A stretch of 64,000 nt of DNA, from the sequence record MW460245.1. One strand, given 5' to 3'. The notes below the pieces were generated by a model, which worked only from the letters and a program-made list of their open reading frames with translations, did no database searches and had not been told where the DNA came from. Below, in pieces: positions 36,310 to 46,654 of this stretch. Position 1 is the first letter of the stretch. Each line of letters starts with the position of its first letter. A program made the translations under genes and the position numbers.

Positions 36310-38040
36310 TTAGAAATAATAGCGATACAGAGTACGGGTGTTCCAGTCCTTCATCTGGAAGTACAGCGTGTCACCTGCGTTAGCCATACCAGTGACCGTA
36401 GCCCATCGACCGTAGCCTGCGCCGCCATAACGACTCGCACGTCCTACTATCTGCCGACCTGGAGGGCTAGTTCGGGTGAAATCACACCGCACGATACAAT
36501 CGCCACCGCCACCGCCGTCGTTAAGGTTCAGAACCCACATACACCGTTGGCCGATACCGACGGCCTGACCAGGATCAGACCAGTTCTGGCCCAGTTGGTC
36601 GATGTTCACACCTGTCATGATGACAGGAGGCATCGGCGGCAGATTGTTGTTCGCATCCGTCCAATAGTAGCGCCACGGCCCCCAACGGTTGTTCGCCCAC
36701 CAGCGCCAGTAGGTCGGAATGTCTGGACGATCCAGAGGATAGAAGACCTGAGTAACACCCCCGCCGTACCAGATGTGCAAAAGATGAGCTGCCACTTGAC
36801 CAACAGGGACTCCAGGTTGGTTCCCGTTAATCATGTAGATGCCTGTCGGGAATAGCTGGCTTATGTCCTCACCGTTAGCGAAGCCGCGACCAGAATTCGG
36901 TACATCATGCAAGAGACCGTGCGTTGCAAGGCGACCAGGTGCCTCAAGCGTGAGACCACCGCTGCCGACTGTCGCAAGGCCAGGTACATCCCAGTTCGCC
37001 AAAGGTGGCGGCGGCGGCGGGTCTACGATGTTGTCGTAGAAGACTGTACCACCTGCCTGGTCGTCACGCCATACCGTAACGAGAGAGCCGATCGGCGGAA
37101 TAGACGGCAACAAACGGTTTTGATAGCGACCATCGTTGGTCACGTTCAGGTTAAAGCGGTAGTTGTTGCCCATTTGGACAACACTCTGCACGCTGCGGAA
37201 ATGACCTTCACTGGTGCGAATCAGAAACTGACGATTCGCCTGCGTGATATCGTTGACATGAAGGCGTGATGCATCTATATCGATCCAGCTTTGGCTCGCG
37301 TTCGCGACAGGGAACTCTCCGTGAGATGCAGTGCGGTCACCCTTCACAGAGCGATACCGGTAGTATGAGGTACTGTTGACTGCCCAGAATTGAGCTGCAT
37401 CTGGCTGGTCCACTGCATTCAGGAAACTGACGTCACCAGAGCCGTTCCATTCTGCGACACGCAGAGACTTTACCTCAGGGTTGGCTTGTTGGTTAGGCGG
37501 AATCACATCCGACCAGCATGCGACATCCAGGATAGCCGGATAATACGTAGCGTCTGAGATTTGGAAGATCGCGACCGACTGTTCCAGCTTGAGCAGACAG
37601 TTGAACGTGTAAGACGAACCGACGTTCGTGCCGAGCGAGCTATACTTCTGCTGGGGTTCATCGAACACTGCCTTCGCGAACAGAATCTTGGCGATGTTCG
37701 GCGGCTCCTCATTTGGATTCAGAGGGTCAGCCGTCCAGTTGTAATTCGGATCGTTCGGATCGTCTATGTATATACCAACTTCGCCGAAGGCGAACGGACC
37801 AGCGTCAGGCGGGATCCGTAGGATGATGTTGATCGTGTTGTCGCCCACGTAGTTATACGTGGTCGGCTTGTCCGAGAACAGCAGGTGGCCGTTGATGTCC
37901 TCATCGGTACGCTGCGGCGCGTAGCCATAGGCGTCACCGATTCGGAACTGCGTGACACGGACGAAAGGACCGTAAGGGGTGGCGTCTGACGCCGCTGCCA
38001 GTCCCTTATCGGTCACAAGTAATTGAGGTGTTTTTGCCAT
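36310..38040 (-). CDS. Tail fibre protein 4 (anchor domain plus pyocin-knob-like domain)
   Basis: VTDKGLAA...FRIGDAYGYAP..DEDING anchor; GEDISQL.PTGIY...QVFYP...YWRW...WGPW knob. Confidence 0.8.
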   Translation of the reverse strand: MAKTPQLLVTDKGLAAASDATPYGPFVRVTQFRIGDAYGYAPQRTDEDINGHLLFSDKPTTYNYVGDNTINIILRIPPDAGPFAFGEVGIYIDDPNDPNYNWTADPLNPNEEPPNIAKILFAKAVFDEPQQKYSSLGTNVGSSYTFNCLLKLEQSVAIFQISDATYYPAILDVACWSDVIPPNQQANPEVKSLRVAEWNGSGDVSFLNAVDQPDAAQFWAVNSTSYYRYRSVKGDRTASHGEFPVANASQSWIDIDASRLHVNDITQANRQFLIRTSEGHFRSVQSVVQMGNNYRFNLNVTNDGRYQNRLLPSIPPIGSLVTVWRDDQAGGTVFYDNIVDPPPPPPLANWDVPGLATVGSGGLTLEAPGRLATHGLLHDVPNSGRGFANGEDISQLFPTGIYMINGNQPGVPVGQVAAHLLHIWYGGGVTQVFYPLDRPDIPTYWRWWANNRWGPWRYYWTDANNNLPPMPPVIMTGVNIDQLGQNWSDPGQAVGIGQRCMWVLNLNDGGGGGDCIVRCDFTRTSPPGRQIVGRASRYGGAGYGRWATVTGMANAGDTLYFQMKDWNTRTLYRYYF

Positions 38041-38055
38041 ATCAGTCAGTGAAGC

Positions 38056-39165
38056 TTAGAAGCGTCGCGAGGACAGGATGTTCATAGGACGGCGCTGCGA
38101 GTCCTCGGTCAGCCCCAGGATGTAGTTCCGGAAGCCGAACGTCGGATCTGCAAGCAACGGGAACGTGCCTATGTTCTGAGTCGTGCTGACGATGGTTTGC
38201 ACAGCCGTGTCAGTGTACGACAGCATCAGGATGCCAGAACCAGGAGACGAGTTCACCGAATCCGGTATGACTGACATCTTGGTGCTTGCTGCCGGAATGT
38301 CTGTGTACATCTTGATGAACCAGCCTCGTGCCAGCAGACGGTCAGGTGAGTTGTTACCTGCGCTGACAGGCAAACCAGCCACGAGCATCTGCGTCGCGAA
38401 TTGCGCCCAGTTCGGCAACCCAGCACGGGCATGCACACCAATGAAACCGAAGGCAGTAACCGTGTCTTGCTTGTTGGCGATCATGCCTACCGTGACAAGC
38501 CGAGCACCGCTCATGCCATTCGTGAACGTCACGAAGTCCGAGTAACCGCCATACGATGCGATGCCAGGAGCAGTACCCGACACACCTGCGATATCGACCT
38601 GGAAACCAGCGAGTCGGAAGTGGCAGGACTCAGCGATGTTGAAACCGCTTAGTACCACCTCCTGACCTTGAACGCCGTAGTGTGTGACGATCACCGGGCG
38701 AGTCAGGTCGCTCATGATCGATGCCTCGACGCTGTTCGGACCTACCGTCGAAGGGTAATCTGCGTACTTCGGATCGCCGTACCAGCCAATCTCGAAACGA
38801 GCACCGTCCACGATGTTATACCGGCCTGCCATATCGAAGCGTTGACCAGCCTTCAGCAGTAGGATGATCTTGGCATTGGCCAAGGTGTTGTTCGTGAAGT
38901 TATGCTGGAGCGCATAGTCGATGGTTTTGTACGGAGAACCTGCAGAGCCACCGCTTGCGGGGTTGTCTGTCCCAGCCTGACCGTCCACATAGATAGTCGG
39001 CTTCGGCGGCGTGTTACCGTAGTACAGACCGTCCGGCAGCCGTTGAATCTGGTTGCCGGGACGAGGTGACAGCGGGACAGTAGACGGAGGGATCGTGTCG
39101 CCTCCATCCAGCGGACGATGGGCTTGCATGCCATCATCGTAGAATAGGGGGTTTCTTTGAACCAT
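38056..39165 (-). CDS. Hypothetical virion protein
   Basis: TIYVDGQAGTDN..GGS...PYKTIDYAL beta-helix entry motif; baseplate operon. Confidence 0.65.
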   Translation of the reverse strand: MVQRNPLFYDDGMQAHRPLDGGDTIPPSTVPLSPRPGNQIQRLPDGLYYGNTPPKPTIYVDGQAGTDNPASGGSAGSPYKTIDYALQHNFTNNTLANAKIILLLKAGQRFDMAGRYNIVDGARFEIGWYGDPKYADYPSTVGPNSVEASIMSDLTRPVIVTHYGVQGQEVVLSGFNIAESCHFRLAGFQVDIAGVSGTAPGIASYGGYSDFVTFTNGMSGARLVTVGMIANKQDTVTAFGFIGVHARAGLPNWAQFATQMLVAGLPVSAGNNSPDRLLARGWFIKMYTDIPAASTKMSVIPDSVNSSPGSGILMLSYTDTAVQTIVSTTQNIGTFPLLADPTFGFRNYILGLTEDSQRRPMNILSSRRF

Positions 39166-39179
39166 TTGAACCTCGTAGG

Positions 39180-40460
39180 TTAGATACGCCAGTACGGCAC
39201 GTAGCCGCCTTGGCCGCCGGGTGCTGGCTTGAACCCGCTTGGATTAGCCAAGACCATGCTTCGAATCGGACCCATGATGCGGGTTGGGATAGTTGGTTGC
39301 TTGACTTGCACAGGCACTTGACCGTACACAGGGATCCTCGCCTTGCTCTTCGTGCTACCTGGGACAGGATTCCATGTGACAGGGCCATACAGCAGGCGAT
39401 AACCAGTCACCACGTCATCAGGGCCGATACCCATCACGCGTGTCGGCAGTTCCATGCCGCTAGAAGGTGTCGTCTGGAATCCCTCTCCGTACACCGGAAT
39501 GAGGTCACCGTCCGAATCAACGATCCACGATGAAGGCGAACCCATCAGATAGTACGAGCTGAACGGCAGGCCAGAAGGCATCCAAGCCCTAGCAGATACG
39601 AACGGCTGCAGGTCATGAATAGGCGGCGGGTTAGCACCGTAAGACATGATGTTCGACATCACCAGGGAGTTATCTCCCAGCAGACCCATCGCCACTACCT
39701 CGAGAGTGTCAGTGCCACTATCAAGGCGATCCACCACAGCCATCTCATACTGCGCTTCGATGGACTCCAACACGAGGTTGTAGTTAGCAATCTCGTAGAA
39801 GAAGGCCACCAGCGTCTGAGGATTCAGGTTACCCAAACCGCCTTTCGAAACGATGGTTACGTGGGTCGTCGGATACCACGTACCTCCCTCCCAAACCTTC
39901 TTTCCGATTACAGGGCTACCGTCAGGGAAGAAATTCTTATAGTCCTGCGTCCACAGCCGCGTGACTTCCAGGCTGTCCTTCATACAGAAGTTCATGAAGT
40001 CAATGAACGCCTGCGTGCCTTTCTCGAACCAGTATTGACCGACGAAACGAGCGATGGTGTGGTAACCATCGTTGGTCAGAACCTGGGCTTGGGCCAGCTT
40101 CATCCCCAGCATGTTCACCTGCTTGACCAGAAGATTCCGTTCAGGCTGGGACCATTCGTGGAAGTCGATCAGGGAGTGCTTTATGAAGTCCTCACCCATC
40201 GCGAAGATTTTCTCTTCCAGCTTCGGGTTGGTCACCCACATGTTTCGGATGTTCGCCAATAGGTCGATCTTCGGATCAATCTGCGATCCGAAGAGATCAT
40301 CTGCCGCGTCCACGTAGTCGATGAAATACTGATTACGACTAATGTAGGGCGGCATGAGGATCGACCGCGGCGTCCGATACCCTAGTCTTTTGTTCCACTT
40401 CGTACTGGTCGTAGGTGGATCATTAGAGTAGGTATACGGAGGAGTTGGGTAATCGCTCAT
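39180..40460 (-). CDS. Baseplate wedge subunit (gp7/P2-I-like, putative)
   Basis: Follows the gp6/J gene; KGTQAFIDFM...L.V..LW pattern. Confidence 0.55.
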   Translation of the reverse strand: MSDYPTPPYTYSNDPPTTSTKWNKRLGYRTPRSILMPPYISRNQYFIDYVDAADDLFGSQIDPKIDLLANIRNMWVTNPKLEEKIFAMGEDFIKHSLIDFHEWSQPERNLLVKQVNMLGMKLAQAQVLTNDGYHTIARFVGQYWFEKGTQAFIDFMNFCMKDSLEVTRLWTQDYKNFFPDGSPVIGKKVWEGGTWYPTTHVTIVSKGGLGNLNPQTLVAFFYEIANYNLVLESIEAQYEMAVVDRLDSGTDTLEVVAMGLLGDNSLVMSNIMSYGANPPPIHDLQPFVSARAWMPSGLPFSSYYLMGSPSSWIVDSDGDLIPVYGEGFQTTPSSGMELPTRVMGIGPDDVVTGYRLLYGPVTWNPVPGSTKSKARIPVYGQVPVQVKQPTIPTRIMGPIRSMVLANPSGFKPAPGGQGGYVPYWRI

Positions 40461-40479
40461 GCTCTCCTCTTAGAAAGGG

Positions 40480-42387
40480 TTACTGCACAATCTTACGGGT
40501 CGGATCGTTCAGCGTCAGGCGCTGTTGACGTTCAGCGTATTTGACCGTTACCTTCAAGCTGCGCAGGAAGTTGTAGCGGATCGGCACCTCAGCGATGGTG
40601 TTCGGCGGGACGGTACTCGGATCAGGCTGTAATGTGCCTTTGTCCTCGAACGACAGCTGAGTCGCAGGGAACTTCGCAAGCAGACCTGCGTTGTCCCCAG
40701 TACGACCCCACAGGTGATACTCCACTGCGTCCTGAACCGGCGGCCATTGAAGCATAATGCTGCGGTCAGGTAGCGTCGTGATAACCTGTGGGAACACCCA
40801 GTTCGAAGGCGGGCCTTCCTCGGTGTAGGTCTCACCTGTTGCAGGATCGAGCAGGCGTTTCACTACCGTGCTTATACTATAGGCGTAAACCTTTTCACCT
40901 AGCATACCACCACCAGGGATGATGGTGTACGTGATCTGCGGACTCTCCGGAGCCGTCACCAACATAGGGCCAGTCGGATTATTTACTTCGACATACGACA
41001 CCATGCCGGGGGCTGCACGCTTAGCCGTGCCGTCCAGGTCAGATGGATAGAAGTTCGTCATCAACAGACCGGGGCGCGGCGAGAACAACTTGATGATGGC
41101 CTGCTCTACAGCAAGCTGCACCTGCAAGGGATCAGCACTGTTGAACACATAAACCGTGAGGTCAACGTCACGAGCGATGGCGATCGGATCCTGCCAGATG
41201 AAGTACGGCGCGTACATCGTCACCGTCTGCATGTAGTCGCAAAAGTCTCGCTTCTGCTGCTGCGTCCAACCAGACGTAACGCCAATGCCTGTGCTAGACG
41301 GTGTGTCAGTCGTCGTCAACCCAGAGACACGGATGATGTTCATCCACTCCAGCTTGCGCGGATTGATCTCGCGCTGTGCCTGCGTAATCGCATCAACGAT
41401 ACCCGGGTAGGTGGCCACCGTCGCCGTGTACTGGGACTTGGTAACTGCCGACTGATACGTGCCAAGCGATCCGCTCGCCACGTTCTTATAGACGATAACG
41501 TCCTTGTCGTTCGCACCGCCCTTCGGATTTATATCGACCACGCCAGTGAGACCGCTGATAGTACCAGCCGTAACCTCACGACCGATGATGGTCATGTTGT
41601 TGGCGTTCGCACCAGTCGTCACTGCATACTTGATGACCACTTTATCGTTCGGCTGCGGCACGCTACCGAACTGTTGGCTACCGAACTGAATCAGCAGGCG
41701 TCCGTCAGCAAGCGTCAGGTCGGAATACGCAGGCAGCTTCTTGTAGTTCCACAGACCGCCAAGAGCCTTCGGCAGTGTTACGTCATTGAGCTGCACCTGC
41801 ACGTCCTGATCAGAGATGACGAAGCCATCCTCCTCAGCCACGTAGGTTTGCAGGTCAGTGCCAGGGATGTCACCATCGATGATGACCGTGTTCACCTGAC
41901 CTTGGTACAGCGGAACATTCGGATTGATACCCTTCTTCAACGACAGCTGGGTGCGGTTGAAGAAGTATTGGCCACCCGCATTGAACTGAGTCAGAGGAGC
42001 GATATCGATATCAGCAGGCATCGTGATGGTTGCCGTGATCTGCGCCGGCAGGTACCGCGTCAAGCGGAGACCTTGCATCTGGGCGATCGAACGGATAGCG
42101 TCATCACCTTGTGCCGTTTCAGCGAACACATCCTCGAATGCACGCAGCAAGCGGCCACTCATGAACGTTGCAATCGACGCATCGAGGTCAACCAACGTAG
42201 TGGACGTCTGGATCGTCAGGTTGCCTTTCCACGTCGGCTTCTTCTCCAGGTACGACTCCATCTGACTTTTGAAGTCATTGAAGTCGGTGGTCAGGTCACT
42301 GAAGATGAGTTGGTTCGGGTTGACTGTAGGGTCTACGGCTGGTGCGCCGACAGCCGGGTCAGCAACCAGTTGGGTTGAATCTGCCAT
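40480..42387 (-). CDS. Baseplate wedge protein (T4 gp6 / P2 J-like)
   Basis: SDLTTDFNDFK, ETAQ...IRSIAQMQG, NPKGGA, AVTKSQY motifs of gp6/J. Confidence 0.8.
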   Translation of the reverse strand: MADSTQLVADPAVGAPAVDPTVNPNQLIFSDLTTDFNDFKSQMESYLEKKPTWKGNLTIQTSTTLVDLDASIATFMSGRLLRAFEDVFAETAQGDDAIRSIAQMQGLRLTRYLPAQITATITMPADIDIAPLTQFNAGGQYFFNRTQLSLKKGINPNVPLYQGQVNTVIIDGDIPGTDLQTYVAEEDGFVISDQDVQVQLNDVTLPKALGGLWNYKKLPAYSDLTLADGRLLIQFGSQQFGSVPQPNDKVVIKYAVTTGANANNMTIIGREVTAGTISGLTGVVDINPKGGANDKDVIVYKNVASGSLGTYQSAVTKSQYTATVATYPGIVDAITQAQREINPRKLEWMNIIRVSGLTTTDTPSSTGIGVTSGWTQQQKRDFCDYMQTVTMYAPYFIWQDPIAIARDVDLTVYVFNSADPLQVQLAVEQAIIKLFSPRPGLLMTNFYPSDLDGTAKRAAPGMVSYVEVNNPTGPMLVTAPESPQITYTIIPGGGMLGEKVYAYSISTVVKRLLDPATGETYTEEGPPSNWVFPQVITTLPDRSIMLQWPPVQDAVEYHLWGRTGDNAGLLAKFPATQLSFEDKGTLQPDPSTVPPNTIAEVPIRYNFLRSLKVTVKYAERQQRLTLNDPTRKIVQ

Positions 42388-42396
42388 AGGAGAACC

Positions 42397-42831
42397 TTAT
42401 TGAGGTTGTTGCTGTTTGACCTTGACCGTGAAGTCTGCGCTTGCTGGCTTGCCAGTGATGACATAGAAGTAAGCTATACGGACACGGTACCCAGGCAGAT
42501 TGTAGTCTGGCTGGACGAAGGTGTTGTTCATATCGAGCTTGATCCGAGGCTCCCAGCGTTGAATGCTCTGGATCATTGCGATACGCATCGAAGCCGCCGT
42601 GATGTCATCAAGCGGCTCCTGAAGAAACTGGTACCACATGCTGCCAAACTCTGGCTCGAAAATTCGACCACGTGCCCCGATAGGGCAGTTCAGCAGATTA
42701 GGCAGACCGCATATCGACACTGCTGCCTCGTCAGGCAATCGGTCAGGCAGCGTCGTTACGGTGAAGCCAGGGTTCTCGTCGATATAGACCGCGCCTAAGA
42801 GCGAGGCCTGCGCTACGGTTAGGCTGGCCAT
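42397..42831 (-). CDS. Baseplate wedge gp25/GPW-like protein
   Basis: G.R.RIFEPEFGS...FLQEP.D....I..SIQRWEPRI. Confidence 0.85.
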   Translation of the reverse strand: MASLTVAQASLLGAVYIDENPGFTVTTLPDRLPDEAAVSICGLPNLLNCPIGARGRIFEPEFGSMWYQFLQEPLDDITAASMRIAMIQSIQRWEPRIKLDMNNTFVQPDYNLPGYRVRIAYFYVITGKPASADFTVKVKQQQPQ

Positions 42832-42840
42832 TTAGGATCC

Positions 42841-43464
42841 TCATACGGGAATGGGAAGATTGATGTTCAGTTGCTGGTACGCCACGCGCCAGTGAAGCTG
42901 GTTGAAGTACACATCGGCCATGCGCGCCTTACCTGCCTTGTCCTTGATGGGCTGCGTCAGGAACAGTTGATCGTACATATGCCGCTGCAAGGTCGAGGTC
43001 GTTGCATCCTGAACGGCCTTCATCTTTTTAGTATCTTCGACTCGACCTGCATCAGTAAGCGCAAGATCCTGAGTCATTTTGTCACTGGTGTATGTGGTCG
43101 CTGGCGGAACAGGCACTACCAAGTCATTGTACCAATTGATCGGACGCGTCTGTGGCTTATCCAAGAAACTGTTGCAGTTGTAGATGCGGAAAGCATCCAT
43201 GTTAGGTTCCTGCGACGTATCCGTACCATACATGATGCCTGTTACTATGTATCCATAGGTTCCAAGCATGAAATTCATTACATCGCCTGTTTTGTCGTAG
43301 CTCTGCCAGCGATTCAGGCTGTCGGCAAGCTGTTGAAACAGAGGGCGCCAACCTGTGGTGCCTTGGTTCGTGTAGCTCCAGTTTTCTTGATCGGTAAGGG
43401 CGTTGTACGTGTCGAGGCGATAGTTCCGCAGCCAGAGCGGAATGACTGATTGAGGATGTACCAT
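42841..43464 (-). CDS. Hypothetical protein (baseplate operon)
   Basis: 207-aa ORF with GAGA RBS in a tightly packed operon. Confidence 0.7.
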   Translation of the reverse strand: MVHPQSVIPLWLRNYRLDTYNALTDQENWSYTNQGTTGWRPLFQQLADSLNRWQSYDKTGDVMNFMLGTYGYIVTGIMYGTDTSQEPNMDAFRIYNCNSFLDKPQTRPINWYNDLVVPVPPATTYTSDKMTQDLALTDAGRVEDTKKMKAVQDATTSTLQRHMYDQLFLTQPIKDKAGKARMADVYFNQLHWRVAYQQLNINLPIPV

Positions 43465-43471
43465 GGTGTTC

Positions 43472-43774
43472 TCAGTTGCAGAAGGTGTCGTCAGAACCAG
43501 TCATCATCTCGTAGTTACCAGGGCCTGACGTTTGCCCCATATCACCTACGCGCGAGACACCAGGGCCCATTGCGAACGTGTTTTCACTACCGATGAGTTG
43601 TTCCGTCGTATGGCCGCACGATGCGATCCCAATCGAAGAAACGAAGCCTGTCGGTTGACCATTCGTTGTCACGGTATCTGCTCCAGTCAGGATCTCTACC
43701 GTAACGTTCTGGGGTGTGTCGTGGCCATAGCAAATGCCAAAGCCAAGGTCACCTACGCGCACGACTGCTGGCAT
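43472..43774 (-). CDS. PAAR-like spike-tip protein
   Basis: AVVRVGD...CYGH...GADTVTTNG...SCGH...GS..V..G..RVGD. Confidence 0.8.
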   Translation of the reverse strand: MPAVVRVGDLGFGICYGHDTPQNVTVEILTGADTVTTNGQPTGFVSSIGIASCGHTTEQLIGSENTFAMGPGVSRVGDMGQTSGPGNYEMMTGSDDTFCN

Positions 43775-43784
43775 CTTAGACTCC

Positions 43785-44285
43785 TTAAGCTGGGTTGAGT
43801 TGAATAGTTGTGCCCTTTATGATGATGTTCCCACCACCATCGAAGGATATGTAGGCACCGCTTGAATGCGTGAATCGGAACGTGCCGCTCGCTAGATCGA
43901 CAACCAGCTTGTTTCCCTTGGGGTCCTTGAAGCCCCACACTGAGGGGCTCTTGAACTCATCAGGCACGTCATCCTTGTTCAGCACGCCACCGATGTACGC
44001 TGGATAGTTCGGGTCACCATCCTGCAGGATGACGGTCACCTTCGCACCCGGTTGTGCGGCTCCGTACATACCGAAGCCTGCACCTACACCGAACAACGAT
44101 TGCTTGAGCTGACCGATCCATGGCACATCGCCTGCGTCCATGTCGAACAGCCCAGGCACATGCGCCTTCACCATCCCTGTTCCGTCAGGAGATACCTGAC
44201 GCACAGTACCTAAGTACCATCGACCTTTTGCTTCATCCCCTTCTTCAGGCTTCAGCAAGTCATTGAGAGCAACGAAGCCACTCAT
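43785..44285 (-). CDS. Central spike (gp5/gpV OB-fold) protein
   Basis: YLGTV....D.TG.VKA.VPG...PW...PG.KV.V..QDGDPNYP.YIG followed by a beta-helix. Confidence 0.8.
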   Translation of the reverse strand: MSGFVALNDLLKPEEGDEAKGRWYLGTVRQVSPDGTGMVKAHVPGLFDMDAGDVPWIGQLKQSLFGVGAGFGMYGAAQPGAKVTVILQDGDPNYPAYIGGVLNKDDVPDEFKSPSVWGFKDPKGNKLVVDLASGTFRFTHSSGAYISFDGGGNIIIKGTTIQLNPA

Positions 44286-44294
44286 ATAGACACC

Positions 44295-45416
44295 TCATGC
44301 GGACACATAGGGCTGGTTTACGCCCATGCGCGAAATGAAAACCTTCTCCGAGTAGGTAGCGCCTTCCACGTAGATTGCCTTACCAGTCACTACGTAGGTA
44401 CCGCTGTACGCTGCGTCCTCAGTCTGCTTCTCTGTCTCCGTGGAGAACGTGATGACATCGAACATGTCCATGTAGGACTGACCGAATATCTGACACGACA
44501 GCTCTAGCGAGTACAGGGATTCGAACCGTGCGTTCTGGTACGCAGCACGCTCGTAATTCGGATGCACTGTCCCGAAGTTGATCGGAGAATGGGTGATGCG
44601 GCCACGCTGCACCTTTTCTTTCATCGTCTTGCTGAACAAGGGACTACGCGAGTCAGCCTTGAACTGCAGGTCTGATAGCACCAACCCCTTACCATCCGCA
44701 GACTGCACGAAGCGGTTGTTACCATAGCCTTCTGAAGCATTCGAGAAGCCAGAGCCGGCCAGAACCTCGTAGTCAACAGCAGACGCTGCACCTTCTACGA
44801 TTTGGTGGGCGATGATCCGCTTCTTGGAGTCCTGTAAGCCAAGGATGTTTCGATACCGCATGTTCCCTTCAAGGTCGATGCCCCAGCGCATGAAGGAATC
44901 ATCGCCTGCGTAGGCGTGCGCCTCAATCTCAGACGCCCAGGCATGTTGCTTACGGTTCCCAGGCATCCACGTCATGCTGTCATTCGTTTTCCAGCCGCTG
45001 TATTTCAAGCCGTTTTGCTGAGCCAGCATAGACAGCGCACCGTCTGACGTGCCAGTGAAACCTGATACTGCGGTGCCTGCCCAGAAACGAGGCGCATCGA
45101 AATAGCCGTCCATCTCGTAGGCGAATGCATCGCCCTCGAACGTCCGCTTATGATTGAACTTACGGAAGTTGTAGACGCGCGTAGGTCCACCACTACCCTT
45201 AACTGCGATCTTGATGGGTATCGCGTCCTGAAGGTTGATCTTATCCAGCGAATGACCTGCATCGGTAACAGCGAAGTGACACGTAGGTACGCGGAACTTC
45301 ACCGACTCCGCCATGTGCAGGAACTTCATGACGTTGAAGGAGTCCAGACCGAGAGGGAACTCCACGCCATTGATGAACAGGGACAGCTCTATCCGGTCTG
45401 TTACGATGTAGCCCAT
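44295..45416 (-). CDS. Baseplate hub protein (gp27/gpD-like, putative)
   Basis: Size and position between the LysM/gpX-like gene and the spike gene. Confidence 0.55.
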   Translation of the reverse strand: MGYIVTDRIELSLFINGVEFPLGLDSFNVMKFLHMAESVKFRVPTCHFAVTDAGHSLDKINLQDAIPIKIAVKGSGGPTRVYNFRKFNHKRTFEGDAFAYEMDGYFDAPRFWAGTAVSGFTGTSDGALSMLAQQNGLKYSGWKTNDSMTWMPGNRKQHAWASEIEAHAYAGDDSFMRWGIDLEGNMRYRNILGLQDSKKRIIAHQIVEGAASAVDYEVLAGSGFSNASEGYGNNRFVQSADGKGLVLSDLQFKADSRSPLFSKTMKEKVQRGRITHSPINFGTVHPNYERAAYQNARFESLYSLELSCQIFGQSYMDMFDVITFSTETEKQTEDAAYSGTYVVTGKAIYVEGATYSEKVFISRMGVNQPYVSA

Positions 45417-45417
45417 G

Positions 45418-45756
45418 TCAGATAGTCATCGTCGGATTGTTGTTGTTCTGCTGACGCGCGATGTACGCCAGCATGTCTGGCTTGGACGGTACCATCAGCT
45501 TCAAGCCTACGTCCACATCGGAGATTGCGTCGTAGATACCGTTGTATGCCAGCAGCGCACGCCACAGAGAGGTGTCCCCGTACAGGTTGTAGGAGAGTCC
45601 AGGAAGATTCGCCATGTCGGCTTGAGTGATCTCGTAAATCTTCGAGGCAGGAACGGAGAACCTCAGATTCTTGTAGGCGCTCTTGAACACGTTCGGAAAC
45701 GTTCCTACGCTGTCAGGAGGCGTGTACCTTGAATAGTTGTAGTCAGAATCAGCCAT
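45418..45756 (-). CDS. LysM/gpX/gp53-like baseplate protein
   Basis: YEI...D..NL..LSYNLYGD..LWRALLAYNGI.D......G..L.VP. Confidence 0.75.
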   Translation of the reverse strand: MADSDYNYSRYTPPDSVGTFPNVFKSAYKNLRFSVPASKIYEITQADMANLPGLSYNLYGDTSLWRALLAYNGIYDAISDVDVGLKLMVPSKPDMLAYIARQQNNNNPTMTI

Positions 45757-45765
45757 GACGCCTCC

Positions 45766-46644
45766 TTATTGGAATAAACCAAGCGCGCCGCTCACCAGTG
45801 CAGAGCCAAGCTTCGCACCAAGTGCGTTCCCTGTCACACCACCACCTGACATGAAGATGGTATCCAGGTCAGCCTGTGTAATCATGAACAGCGGTTTAAA
45901 GCGAACGCTCACCTTCACGTGGTGAGGATACTTGGTGATTGGATCGAGGTTCGATACGTAGGTTTGCTGGACGTTTGTGATGACTACGCTATCAAAGAAC
46001 ATGTAGTTCCCGATCTGGATGCTCACCTGGTTCTTCACCTTCGACTTCCAATATGCTGCGGTACCCAACCCATTCTTCAGGGCGTTGCTCTGCCCTTTAC
46101 CGTCAGCCGTCGATCGGCTACTGTCATTCAGGGAGGCACCCTTCACCTTCTCACCTGCCTTCTCCAGTTGGTCCTTCACCTGGGTCGCCTCACTGGCGAT
46201 CTGGGTAGATGCGTCTGTCAAGATCGACGCTGCATTGGCGAACGACGAATCGAGTTGAGGACCGGGAGACTTCAGGAGGCCAGTAGCCGAATCAGTGAGC
46301 GGAACAATCAGCTTGTTCAGGTCAAGGATCGGCTTCCGAATGTCCATCAACGGATCAGTCTCCGTTTGGAACTCCAGCTCAAGCCCGAGCTCTGTATCGT
46401 TCGTACCTTGCCACAATTGGGCAGTCATGGCTTGAACTGCGGTGCGAAGGCCGATAGCAGCCGTTGCCAAACGCAGCATGTTATTGCTGAACAGACCTTG
46501 GGCGAACGGTGCTTCATAGTTCGAGGACGTGTCGAACACAAAAGACTCCGGCATTGGAGCACGCACCACAATCGATTGCTGCCCTTCTGCCGGATTGTTA
46601 CTCTGAATCAGGACTTGGTAGTCCAGGTTTCGTGTTGAACTCAT
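45766..46644 (-). CDS. Tail tube initiator-like (gp48-like) protein, putative
   Basis: LWQGT...L.L.F, V.IQIG.......VVITNVQ..Y...V.V.F tube-fold pattern. Confidence 0.55.
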   Translation of the reverse strand: MSSTRNLDYQVLIQSNNPAEGQQSIVVRAPMPESFVFDTSSNYEAPFAQGLFSNNMLRLATAAIGLRTAVQAMTAQLWQGTNDTELGLELEFQTETDPLMDIRKPILDLNKLIVPLTDSATGLLKSPGPQLDSSFANAASILTDASTQIASEATQVKDQLEKAGEKVKGASLNDSSRSTADGKGQSNALKNGLGTAAYWKSKVKNQVSIQIGNYMFFDSVVITNVQQTYVSNLDPITKYPHHVKVSVRFKPLFMITQADLDTIFMSGGGVTGNALGAKLGSALVSGALGLFQ

Positions 46645-46654
46645 AACAGCCTCA

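Noticed and set aside
2601-38040. Diversity-generating retroelement acting on fibre tips
   Set aside because: No reverse transcriptase in the window and no TR/VR pair differing only at adenines.
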